Shown here piece after piece: positions 8,303-16,479 of a stretch of 57,514 bases of DNA (the first letter of the stretch is position 1; each line of letters begins with the position of its first letter). Where the stretch lies: positions 1 through 57,514 of the IMG/VR virus record IMGVR_UViG_3300031920_000146; one strand, 5' to 3'. The notes below the pieces were generated by a model. That model did not search any database and was not told the DNA's origin. It was given only the letters and a program-made list of their open reading frames with translations. A program made the position numbers and the translations under genes. This DNA comes from a virus.

Positions 8303-10072
8303 TTATTTCAAATACTGTTTAAGCAATCTTTTAACCACATAAGCCATACTAGGCAGAATATTAGCAGCAGCCGACTCATTAGCCTCTGAAGTGGTTGTGT
8401 AGGCATTTAATTGCTGCATATAAGTTTTATAATAAGTTCCATCCGAATCTTTCTCGAATATGAAAGTATCTTTAATAAACCCGGATTCACTCAAAATGTA
8501 ATTGTCTTCTTTCCTGAATTCTTTTATGTGACGAATCGGTATTTTCATCGGCTTTAATCCAATATGGAAAGAAACAAATGAAGGATCACATTCAATAAAT
8601 ATTTTCTTGGCACCAATGAACTTATTTTTTAATTGATCAATATTATCAGAAGGAAGCATGGAATTAAAAATACAATCGGTGATGAATATTTTCTGATTCT
8701 TAATCTTAGCATACAAGGCAAGAAAATTGTAATCGGTATTTTTGCTATTCGTACTGGTTATTTTGATGTAAATAAAGTCGTAACTGTCCGTGAAATCGTA
8801 ATCTTTCCAGTATTTTAAGTTATCTCTGTTGAATATCTCGCTGTCTGAATAAACTCCTATTGGGAATAGGTGGGTGAAGCCGTAAACTATGGCATCTAAT
8901 CGGTTTGGTGATTTTTCTCCTGGCTTTCCAGTATATAGTGCCATTTCTGTTTCTGCATCGGGAAATCCACCAACATGACTTATTTTACCATTGTCGTATA
9001 AAGCCGAAATCGGTTCCGCTCTCAAGAGCTTACCTTTAGTGGCATGAATACCTTTTACTGGAATATTTTCATTAACAATCTGTATAGTGTGCCGAATTAG
9101 GTCTCCGCCAGCATTCGTTTCAGCTACAACCCATGTTGCTCTATATTTCAAATAAAGATCGCACACTATTTTAGACCATTCTTTTGGCGAGTACGTTCCT
9201 GATTTATCTTCAAGCAAATAGCCTCTGCCGTCAAATCCTTTGGCGCAAACGGCAATCCCTGTCTCATCTGAAGTTATTTTAGCTGTCGTCGCAGGATCAA
9301 CAGCAATCACTATTTCTTTTAGTTCTGGCCTATTAACTAACCTATATTTATTAAAATTAGCTTCTGAGAATAAAGACCCTTCTTCTACATCTGCAAAATC
9401 GCCTTTATAGAAACGTTTCCTTTCTTCTGCCGGAAGCTCAGATAGCATTTCAATGTATTCTTTGTCGATATTAGCCTCATTGTCGATAGGATTCATCTTC
9501 ATGTAGCAATACTGCTCAGGATGCTTAATAAGTGTCTTATCTCTTGGGTCAATCTGCTCGACGAATAATTTGTAGCACCAGTGAAGTTTTGAGGGTGGAT
9601 TGAGGTCAAGGAATATGCGATTTGTCAATCCAGATTTTTGAGCAAGACGAGTTTTTAGTATTGTGTAGGTAGTGTATGTGAGCTGCGAAACTTCATTCAT
9701 CCATATCGTACTCAGTTCTATACCAAGTACTTTGTCTAATCCGCGAGCATCATCAGCACCTACAAAATGTATTTCGGAGCCATTCGAGAAACGAGCAAAC
9801 CAATCTTGTAAGTTTAATTTATATTCAACATTCATTAATTGGCAAACGTCCTTGAAGGTTTCATTTACAATTGACCTTTTTATGTCTGAGAAATGTAGCC
9901 TAACGATTAAATGCCTGGACTTCTTTTTTAAAGCTCTGAACACAATAAAGAACATTATTATGAATGATTTTCCACTACGGCTTCCGCCATAAAGCATTGT
10001 GTATCTGTGAGTTAGCATTAAATTTAATGCAACTTCCTGCGTAGGATTATTCTTAAAACTAATTTCTCCCAT
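8303..10072 (-). CDS. terL: Terminase large subunit
   Basis: Walker A LYGGSRSGKSF near the N-terminus; about 590 aa; followed by the portal gene. The first ATG is at 10072 (the track start 10108 is a TTG). Confidence 0.85.
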   Translation of the reverse strand: MGEISFKNNPTQEVALNLMLTHRYTMLYGGSRSGKSFIIMFFIVFRALKKKSRHLIVRLHFSDIKRSIVNETFKDVCQLMNVEYKLNLQDWFARFSNGSEIHFVGADDARGLDKVLGIELSTIWMNEVSQLTYTTYTILKTRLAQKSGLTNRIFLDLNPPSKLHWCYKLFVEQIDPRDKTLIKHPEQYCYMKMNPIDNEANIDKEYIEMLSELPAEERKRFYKGDFADVEEGSLFSEANFNKYRLVNRPELKEIVIAVDPATTAKITSDETGIAVCAKGFDGRGYLLEDKSGTYSPKEWSKIVCDLYLKYRATWVVAETNAGGDLIRHTIQIVNENIPVKGIHATKGKLLRAEPISALYDNGKISHVGGFPDAETEMALYTGKPGEKSPNRLDAIVYGFTHLFPIGVYSDSEIFNRDNLKYWKDYDFTDSYDFIYIKITSTNSKNTDYNFLALYAKIKNQKIFITDCIFNSMLPSDNIDQLKNKFIGAKKIFIECDPSFVSFHIGLKPMKIPIRHIKEFRKEDNYILSESGFIKDTFIFEKDSDGTYYKTYMQQLNAYTTTSEANESAAANILPSMAYVVKRLLKQYLK

Positions 10073-10427
10073 TGTAGTCTGATTTATATTCCCAAATATT
10101 ACCACCAACTGTTTTATACTTTCCTTTACAGCATTTGGCTATGCCGCTTGCGTCTAATCCCGTCTGTCTATGGGCATCCATTATTCCTTCGTATTCAGAT
10201 ACTAAAGTTCCATTTATTGTTAATTTCACTATGGGCATACTAAGGTGATGATCTTTTCCAAATTTACCAGTGCATGAGCCAATTCTTAAACCTGTATCGA
10301 ATGCGTGCTTGTTGTTTTCTGAATGAGTAGCTTTCTCTAAATTAAGATAAAAGTTATTGGTTTTTATACTATCAATATGATTCGTTGTTTTTTTGTTTTC
10401 TGGATTATCGAGGAATGATCCTGCCAC
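10059..10427 (-). CDS. HNH homing-endonuclease fragment (catalytic half), GTG start
   Basis: NHIDSIKTNNFYLNLEKATHSENN is an HNH_3-type H-N-H motif. The N-terminus (V)AGSFLDNPENKKTT continues the sequence expected after the NUMOD4 ORF. The 3' end overlaps the terL start by 14 nt. Confidence 0.65.
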   Translation of the reverse strand: MAGSFLDNPENKKTTNHIDSIKTNNFYLNLEKATHSENNKHAFDTGLRIGSCTGKFGKDHHLSMPIVKLTINGTLVSEYEGIMDAHRQTGLDASGIAKCCKGKYKTVGGNIWEYKSDYNGRN

Positions 10428-10777
10428 TATAATGAATGCACGTTTGATTTATTATCAGCCCCATTAACATTAATTCCAACTATCATATAGTTATCGTTAA
10501 AATTAGTAACTCTAAGTATTCTACCTTTCATGGCATGCCATACCTTGCCATTCCATGCATCCCTACCAAGGCTCTTAACGCGACCAAAATTAGATACACA
10601 ATAAAATCCTTCAAACTCCTTCACATCCCTCCATTCTTCCTCAATTCCAAACCAAACTTTAGCTGCTCTAATTAAAACAGGTAAAAACTCATTTTGATTT
10701 CTTCCGGTATCAAACATTTTACGGAACCATCCTGAATAGATCTTAGCAATTTCTTCTTCTTTAAACTTTGATTTCAT
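10427..10777 (-). CDS. NUMOD4-domain fragment of the same homing endonuclease
   Basis: WRDVKEFEGFYCVSNFGRVKSL is a NUMOD4 motif. The ORF ends ..NVHSL*, one nucleotide out of frame with the HNH ORF. Confidence 0.65.
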   Translation of the reverse strand: MKSKFKEEEIAKIYSGWFRKMFDTGRNQNEFLPVLIRAAKVWFGIEEEWRDVKEFEGFYCVSNFGRVKSLGRDAWNGKVWHAMKGRILRVTNFNDNYMIVGINVNGADNKSNVHSL

Positions 10778-10883
10778 TCTATCGTTTTTTATTATACGTT
10801 ATTAAAAGAATTGGAGCAGGAACGTAGAGACCTCTTGCGATCCGCCGCTAAGCGAATACTCCAATCCAAAGATACAAAATATT

Positions 10884-11042
10884 TTAATACCTACATGGAT
10901 TCCTTCGATGGTTCTTCCTATTCTGTAATGTCCGGTTATGCAATTTATTTACCTGTATTGCCAATTCATCAATAGCAATAGAAGTATCTTTGAATGCTCT
11001 CTGTATGTGTATCGTTACTGAATCAATCTCTTTTAGCCCCAT
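10884..11042 (-). CDS. Hypothetical small protein (52 aa)
   Basis: ATG ORF filling a gap in the leftward arm; not in the track (<60 aa). Confidence 0.35.
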   Translation of the reverse strand: MGLKEIDSVTIHIQRAFKDTSIAIDELAIQVNKLHNRTLQNRKNHRRNPCRY

Positions 11043-11055
11043 TGGTTAGATTAAA

Positions 11056-11214
11056 TTATTCTATTTTCTTTTTTATTTCCACTTTTACTTTCTCAATATA
11101 CTTGGAAAGATTTTCAAGTTCATATTCTGAGCAGTCATTGAATTGTCGTACGCTTTCCAATAATTTACGCATATTTAAAAACTCTTTTGATGGCGGTTCT
11201 GGTATTTTTTCCAT
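11056..11214 (-). CDS. Hypothetical small protein (52 aa)
   Basis: Hand-translated MEKIPEPPSKEFLNMRKLLESVRQFNDCSEYELENLSKYIEKVKVEIKKKIE. The ATG lies 2 nt after the exonuclease stop. Confidence 0.4.
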   Translation of the reverse strand: MEKIPEPPSKEFLNMRKLLESVRQFNDCSEYELENLSKYIEKVKVEIKKKIE

Positions 11215-11216
11215 AA

Positions 11217-11801
11217 CTATTCAATTACTCTAAGTTTAACAAGTTCATCGAAACATCGTTTGGTTGCCTTAACGTCTTCCCCGGCATCGTGAGCAGGAAA
11301 TTTCTCTTCAAACAATTTATCGTACAATTCCAGCAAGGTAGGAAATTTTAATCGATTAGAATCCTTTTGCTTTGCACCAATGAATTTAATCGTTTTCATC
11401 ATTGTGCAGATCCTTTTAGATTTATCCAAAGCAGAATCAGCCATTAAGGCGAAAGAATCAGGCATCGCCCGAAGTATGTTTGCCTTTATGATTGAAGTGT
11501 CGAAGTAGATATTGTGAGCAATAATCTTCTCAGCCTTTGTGCAATCAGATATGAACTCAATCAGTACATCATTGAAGTAATGTCCTTTTCTCAATGCTAT
11601 GTCCTGAGTTATGCCATGTATTTTAGCAACTTCATCGGATATTACCCAATCTTCTGGAAAGATTATATAATCCTTTAATTCTCCTTCGAATAGCCATGCA
11701 ATCTGTACTATGTTAGGGAAGCCTTCGTAATCTGTTTTGTAATTCAGTCCTTTTGGGACAAGCCCGGTTGTTTCTGTATCGAATATTAATTCCTTAGTCA
11801 T
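11217..11801 (-). CDS. DnaQ-like (DEDDh) 3'-5' exonuclease
   Basis: Exo I FDTETTGL, Exo II AHNIYFDTSI, Exo III HDAGEDV. Confidence 0.8.
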   Translation of the reverse strand: MTKELIFDTETTGLVPKGLNYKTDYEGFPNIVQIAWLFEGELKDYIIFPEDWVISDEVAKIHGITQDIALRKGHYFNDVLIEFISDCTKAEKIIAHNIYFDTSIIKANILRAMPDSFALMADSALDKSKRICTMMKTIKFIGAKQKDSNRLKFPTLLELYDKLFEEKFPAHDAGEDVKATKRCFDELVKLRVIE

Positions 11802-11898
11802 AGATTTTATTTATAAGATTAAATTTTCAATCAATTTCTTTTAAGTCTTTAAAGTTTCTCTAATTCATCAATCAATACATTTATCTCATATTGCAATG

Positions 11899-12105
11899 TT
11901 AAGATAATATCTTCCTTAAACTTCGTGACCTTTTCTGTAATGTATTTATTGCTGTGCTGGGTTTTATTAAAAGAATATTCCTGCTGCAAACATTCAATCC
12001 CATAAAGCCAACAGAAACAGAATCTTTTATGCTGGATATAACCTTTCCAATTTTGTTGATTCTCTCAATCAAATCTGCCACCACTTTTGCGTTTTTGTAT
12101 TTCAT
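11899..12105 (-). CDS. Hypothetical protein (68 aa)
   Basis: ORF in the operon context. Confidence 0.45.
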   Translation of the reverse strand: MKYKNAKVVADLIERINKIGKVISSIKDSVSVGFMGLNVCSRNILLIKPSTAINTLQKRSRSLRKILS

Positions 12106-12107
12106 GA

Positions 12108-12323
12108 TTATTTTAGTTTATTTTTAGACTTATCTCCAGGTTCAAAATCGATCAAGATCCCTTCAAAGTACTTGACAGGAACCTTATTTTCTTTTATTAA
12201 TGATCGCCTCCATCTCCGGCAAGTGTCACCATCAACCTTTAGATATTCAGCCAAAAGTCCGATATTGCGGAAATTCCTTATTCTTCCTGATTCAAATATA
12301 CTGCATGGGTTTGATTTAGGCAT
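12108..12323 (-). CDS. Hypothetical protein (71 aa), possibly DNA-binding
   Basis: Basic; helix-turn-helix-like stretch NIGLLAEYLKVDGDTCRRWRR. Confidence 0.45.
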   Translation of the reverse strand: MPKSNPCSIFESGRIRNFRNIGLLAEYLKVDGDTCRRWRRSLIKENKVPVKYFEGILIDFEPGDKSKNKLK

Positions 12324-12442
12324 TTATTCCAAGTTCTTTCCCGGTTAATGCAAAGTATAGGGTTTGGAGTTGGTGGACGTAATGTATCCTTAGATCTGTT
12401 GGACAATACATGGTGTTATTTTTAAAAGTTTTATAGCAACTA

Positions 12443-12961
12443 TTACAATTCATCTCCTAAAGCATCCCATCCCTTTTTCCTGTCTCTGGCAAATAGCTCG
12501 ATTCTGGGTAAGTCACCACAAAGCTCAACTATTTTATCAGCAAATATGTTTGGCTTCTTAGAATGTTGCTCATTTACTGCCTCAATGACTGATCTGATAG
12601 AATGACTAATTGGTTTAACTTTCCCTTTTGTTGCAATCAAGCAACATTCGGAACCTGCTCGCGTCCAGAAACCCATTCCGAAAAACATTTTCCAGAGTTT
12701 AGTTTTTTTAACCCAAACAAAACCGGTCATAGTTTTTAAAGTAAATCCCCATGCCTTGCATAAATCCAAAGCCTCTTGCGGCTGACTTCCAACCCACCAC
12801 ATAAATAGAATACAATTATCATCCGTATCCAACTCCATTTCTTTCATCTGTGCCAATGTCATTGTATTGTACTTTGCCGATGCTCCTGAAATCATAGAAC
12901 CACCTGTGTTCTTGTTATTGAATGACCAAGGAGGATCTGCGTAGATTATTTGGTATTTCAT
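12443..12961 (-). CDS. MT-A70-family N6-adenine DNA methyltransferase
   Basis: IIYADPPWSF (DPPW catalytic motif) at the N-terminus; about 170 aa, typical of phage MT-A70 enzymes. Confidence 0.8.
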   Translation of the reverse strand: MKYQIIYADPPWSFNNKNTGGSMISGASAKYNTMTLAQMKEMELDTDDNCILFMWWVGSQPQEALDLCKAWGFTLKTMTGFVWVKKTKLWKMFFGMGFWTRAGSECCLIATKGKVKPISHSIRSVIEAVNEQHSKKPNIFADKIVELCGDLPRIELFARDRKKGWDALGDEL

Positions 12962-12976
12962 GTTAGTTTAGATTCA

Positions 12977-13288
12977 TTAAATTCCTTTCCTGCGAAGTTC
13001 CTCAGTAGTTGCATTACCCTTAGCTCGCATTTGTTCCAATGCAAGAAATACTCCTTTTACCTCATCTGGGGTAAGTCCAGATTCAATAGATGCCCTTAAT
13101 ATCGTGATTGTTTCTTGGAATCTTTTTATCTCATTTGCAAAATAAAGTGAAATTTCAATCAAATCTGAATTCATACTGCCATTGCGATCAATATCCTTTC
13201 GTGAGCATAAATCAATTAATTCATCAATTGAATACAGACTTTCTCTTGGTTCAACTTTTTCAAGTTCGCTAATGCTTCTTTGTGTCAT
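12977..13288 (-). CDS. Small protein carrying a copy of the tape-measure core motif
   Basis: The C-terminal GLTPDEVKGVFLALEQMRAKGNATTEELRR matches the TMP segment GLKTDEVNGVFLALEQMISKGKVTTEELRR (encoded near 56630..56720), including an identical 18-nt run cgaagttcctcagtagtt. ATG at 13288 is preferred over the track start 13363, which overlaps the upstream ORF. Confidence 0.55.
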   Translation of the reverse strand: MTQRSISELEKVEPRESLYSIDELIDLCSRKDIDRNGSMNSDLIEISLYFANEIKRFQETITILRASIESGLTPDEVKGVFLALEQMRAKGNATTEELRRKGI

Positions 13289-13304
13289 TTCTATAATTTT
13301 TAGT

Positions 13305-13535
13305 TTATTTAAAAAATTGCCACCACTTCTTATTTTTACTTGTATCCACCCCAAGTAGTGCAATGTTTGCAGCCACTAAGAAGTCGTCTTGCATCTTTTT
13401 CATCGCAAAATATCCGTCCCTTCTATACACATCTCTGGACATGCGCTTAAATGTTAAACTTAGTTTTGTTTGCGCTCCACTTAGCGTATTATGCCTTACG
13501 CCATCTCTTTGTTCTTGATTTAATAATAGTTTCAT
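13305..13535 (-). CDS. Hypothetical protein (76 aa)
   Basis: ORF in the operon context. Confidence 0.45.
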   Translation of the reverse strand: MKLLLNQEQRDGVRHNTLSGAQTKLSLTFKRMSRDVYRRDGYFAMKKMQDDFLVAANIALLGVDTSKNKKWWQFFK

Positions 13536-13550
13536 TATTTAGTTTCTAAG

Positions 13551-13799
13551 TTAAAAAGGAAAAACACACCCACATTCCTTACAAAATGCACCATCTATCC
13601 TAGAAAATAGCACTACTTCTGACTGATCGCACTCATCACATTTACTCAGACGCCTAGCGACACCAATAGGGAGTAACTCATCCTTTTTCACGGTTGCGCT
13701 ATGTTCTTTAATCGCATGTGCTAAATCAGATTTATTTGCACCTTCTGTCTCAATGAAGTTTTGTAGAATATATTCGTATTGTAATAGTAGTAGTTTCAT
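13551..13799 (-). CDS. Hypothetical zinc-ribbon protein (82 aa)
   Basis: CDECDQ...CKECGC Cys pairs. A TAGCTTTG box (plus-strand caaagcta, 13820..13827) lies 21 nt upstream of the ATG. Confidence 0.5.
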   Translation of the reverse strand: MKLLLLQYEYILQNFIETEGANKSDLAHAIKEHSATVKKDELLPIGVARRLSKCDECDQSEVVLFSRIDGAFCKECGCVFPF

Positions 13800-14165
13800 T
13801 ATTCAAGTTTTAATACCAACAAAGCTAATCAATCAAAAGAGTTAAATCAAATCAATAATATCTATCAAAGTAAAATCCCTATAGACAATACACACTCCGA
13901 TTTTTTTTTACCGCGCGCCAAAACCGCAATCCATTTCTTCTACACACAAAAAGGAAAAGAATTTTTTTTCTGAAAAGCAAACAATACGAAGAATATACTA
14001 ATCTAACATCAATTTGGAATTATTCAATCTAATTAAGATACTTAAAACTAAGGAAGTGTTGAGAGGTTGCATGAAGGAGTGGAATACCATAACTACTAAT
14101 GAATATACAAGCCAATAGGACTAAAAGGGTTTTGAATTTGGGGGCGGTGGGGTACGTGTCCGGGC

Positions 14166-14489
14166 TTACCTGTTTAATATTGAATGAATGTGCTTAAGCT
14201 CGTTAATCGATGTGTTTCTGATCCTATCGGCGTTTAATATTACAACTCTGTTCTTATCTTTCGCGTTGCTGTTATACTCTGGCTTGTGTTTAAATATTAG
14301 TTCTTTCTCTTTGTTCTTTGCTTCGCGTTGTCCTGGCATTGAAAACATTTGAATATCACTGAACTTTCTATTTCTCCATGGATGATCCTTTAATCGTTTG
14401 TAGATATTCTTTGAACATCCGATATAAACTATCTTGCCATCATCAATAAGGGAGTAAACAAAGTAAATGCCTTTCAATTCAATATACAT
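14166..14489 (-). CDS. GIY-YIG nuclease
   Basis: GIYFVYSL..KIVYIGCSKNIYKRLKDH plus a downstream KELIFKHKPEYN stretch. Confidence 0.7.
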   Translation of the reverse strand: MYIELKGIYFVYSLIDDGKIVYIGCSKNIYKRLKDHPWRNRKFSDIQMFSMPGQREAKNKEKELIFKHKPEYNSNAKDKNRVVILNADRIRNTSINELKHIHSILNR

Positions 14490-14928
14490 GTTATTTAATT
14501 TAGTGTACTTACAGATCGGAAGTTTGTCTTATAATATATATTGTGTTCATATATGTTAACTAGATTATTCCAGTTTTGGTCTATTGTGTTGCATGTGAGC
14601 GCAATACAGCGAGCACGATAAACAATCTCCTGTCCTAATATAAATGTAAGGTAGGATTTAATTGTGTACTATACAAGTTCTTTATGTGCTTCACGTTGAT
14701 TTGTCAGTTTGTCAGGCGTATTTTGAACATGCCCGTTTACTTACAGTTTGACACAATAATAAGCGTTTTACTTACAGTCTGTTATTTCGTTACCGTCTGG
14801 ATAAAACAGTTTATTGTATTAGTCGCGCTTTTGCTTTCATGTGGTATATTAAACGCAAAACCGACCCACTAAATTAATAATGAGCCGGAAAACTTTAATT
14901 CAAACTATGATGAAAAACAAACGATATC

Positions 14929-15426
14929 TTATTCCTCGTCTAATTTATCTTTTAACCCCTTATCCTGTACGTTAACTGATATGTTGGTGTTTGTGGCTGT
15001 TATCTCCTGCTTATCTGTTAAGCCTTCTAGCCTGGATACTATCAGAGGATTGAACGCCCCAACCATTGCACCTTCAAACCTTTGGGATGAAATTACATCG
15101 TGTATGTACTTAGCTATTACGGAAAAATGGAGGTCTTCTTCTACTTCTTTAATCTTCAAACCTTCTTTGAACTCGTTGAAGTACTGAGAGTTAACTCCGA
15201 GATGAATGCAAAGCCCTTGATAAGTGTAAGGCGTTTCTAAGTCAACACTACATTTTTGTCCTGCGTTTGGCCCTGATTTGATAAAGTCTTGTTTCTGCCA
15301 TGGGTTTAATCTACAGTGCTCAAAGTATTCGTTTGCGGCGTCGAACAGTTGTTGCGGTGATTTAAACTTTCTGGGTCTTCCTTGTTTCGGAGGTAATATG
15401 TCTTGAATGTCTTTTATTAGTTTCAT
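14929..15426 (-). CDS. terS: Terminase small subunit
   Basis: ..PPKQGRPRKFKSPQQLFDAANEYF...TPYTYQGLCIHLGVNSQYFNEF, typical of phage small terminases. It is the first gene of the leftward arm. ATG at 15426 (the track start 15456 is TTG). Confidence 0.6.
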   Translation of the reverse strand: MKLIKDIQDILPPKQGRPRKFKSPQQLFDAANEYFEHCRLNPWQKQDFIKSGPNAGQKCSVDLETPYTYQGLCIHLGVNSQYFNEFKEGLKIKEVEEDLHFSVIAKYIHDVISSQRFEGAMVGAFNPLIVSRLEGLTDKQEITATNTNISVNVQDKGLKDKLDEE

Positions 15427-15452
15427 TGCTTTGTGTCTTTGTATTAAGCGAT

Positions 15453-15471
15453 TCAAAGTTATAGCTAAAAT
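15453..15471 (-). promoter_or_regulatory. Late promoter-like box (minus strand ATTTTAGCTATAACTTTGA) 28 nt upstream of the terS ATG
   Basis: Near copy of the 8161 and 53509 boxes, with the same TAACTTTG core. Confidence 0.45.
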
Positions 15472-15761
15472 TGATTACTACAAAATATATTATAGTTTTT
15501 CTTTATTGGGCGCTTCGCGCCGGGGAATTCTTTTTTTTCTTTTTTTCTTGTTGTCTCTATTGGGTAACGGTAGAACATTAATGTTGATCACTCGTTAAAT
15601 AGTAAGATAGTATTATTCATGTGAAAATAGTATCATATTGTTGTTTGGTCCACTTCAATCACTTGATATTTAATAAATATTATCTATGTTATTGCTTGAA
15701 TTCTCTTTATTTCCAGCTAACGTTTATACATTTGTATAAATATATTTTGTATTTTTGTTAT

Positions 15762-15905
15762 GTGGGTATTGAGGTACTCGCAGTCGAAAGGCGGCACTTT
15801 CGAGGTCAAAGCCTCACTCTACCAAGAGAATAACAGGGACAGAAAGCGAAAACTGAAATATACGCTAAGCGCAGACCAGGAGCGGCAATCCTGCAGGAGT
15901 GAGAA
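15762..15905 (+). ncRNA. Candidate structured noncoding RNA in the divergent control region
   Basis: TATTTTTG (-7-like) at 15750..15757. The segment is locally GC-richer. Hairpins: TCGAAAG/GCGGCA/CTTTCGA (15784..15803) and CAGGA/GCGGCAA/TCCTG (15877..15893). An outer pairing CTCACTC (15813..15819) with GAGTGAG (15897..15903) is possible. The only ORF here (15760..15951) has atypical composition. Confidence 0.35.
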
Positions 15906-16129
15906 AACAAAAGAATTCATTCCTATAAATGCAATAAACTGTTTAAATTGATTGTTATCAACTTGTACGCAACTACGATTCTATCTATCTTGTTTTATAG
16001 CACAGCGTTTACGCATCGCATAAATAATTCAATGGTATTACTGGCACGCTGATATGGAAAATAAGACAATTGAATTTATAAGGTTTCAAGACCTTGACAG
16101 TCACAAATTAAACTTTTAAAATTATCATC

Positions 16130-16384
16130 ATGCAAAAATTAAACTATTCAAAGTTAATGGCAGCAAAGCCAACAGTTTATGAAACTATTGTTAATCAATT
16201 AGGCCAAACCATTGAACTTTGCGAGCATCCAACAGAAGGAGATCTTTATCCGGTCATTGCAGTTTATCACAAAGAAAAAGCCGCCGCAAACACTGATTTT
16301 TTTGATACTGAAGATTTTCACGAAGGTAGCGATTACAATCCTTGTTTTAAAGATGGTGAAATAAAATGTTTTTTTGAGTTATAA
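16130..16384 (+). CDS. Hypothetical acidic protein (84 aa), first early gene
   Basis: ATG preceded by AAACTTTTAAAATTAT leader motif. Confidence 0.6.
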   Translation: MQKLNYSKLMAAKPTVYETIVNQLGQTIELCEHPTEGDLYPVIAVYHKEKAAANTDFFDTEDFHEGSDYNPCFKDGEIKCFFEL

Positions 16385-16479
16385 ATTTCAAACGCCTGTC
16401 AAGTTGGTACGACGTGAAATAATAAACGTTAACGGTTCAATTCCGTATTCAGGCTCTAATTAACTTTAAAACTTTTATT

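Noticed and set aside
10810-10865. ATTGGAG ... CTCCAAT inverted repeat enclosing a GC-rich 42 nt just upstream of the NUMOD4 ORF, considered as an intron or homing-site remnant or a small RNA.
   Set aside because: There is no flanking split gene and no recognisable group I intron core. It is a single occurrence and too little evidence.
15509-15545. GGCGC-ttc-GCGCC hairpin followed by T-runs, considered as a terminator.
   Set aside because: The stem is only 5 bp with a 3-nt loop. The T-run starts 9 nt after the stem, and there is no upstream plus-strand gene to terminate. It may be regulatory, but it is not supportable as a terminator.
15760-15951. 63-codon ORF (MWVLRYSQSKGGTFEVKASLYQENNRDRKRK...) in the divergent control region as a real gene.
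   Set aside because: Its composition is unlike the neighbouring genes. It coincides with the hairpin-rich, GC-elevated patch, and its ATG would lie only about 3 nt after the -7-like box. I treat it as a probable noncoding region, but this remains unproven.
16394-16456. tRNA-like segment: GGTTCAATTCC T-loop with a 4-bp T-stem and a 3' strand (TTCAGGC) pairing with GCCTG at 16394.
   Set aside because: The segment is only about 61 nt. It has no D-arm and no canonical 5-bp/7-nt anticodon arm, and two of seven acceptor pairs mismatch. TAACGGTT here may simply be another copy of the stop-proximal boundary motif. There is no integrase that would make a tRNA-derived attP meaningful.
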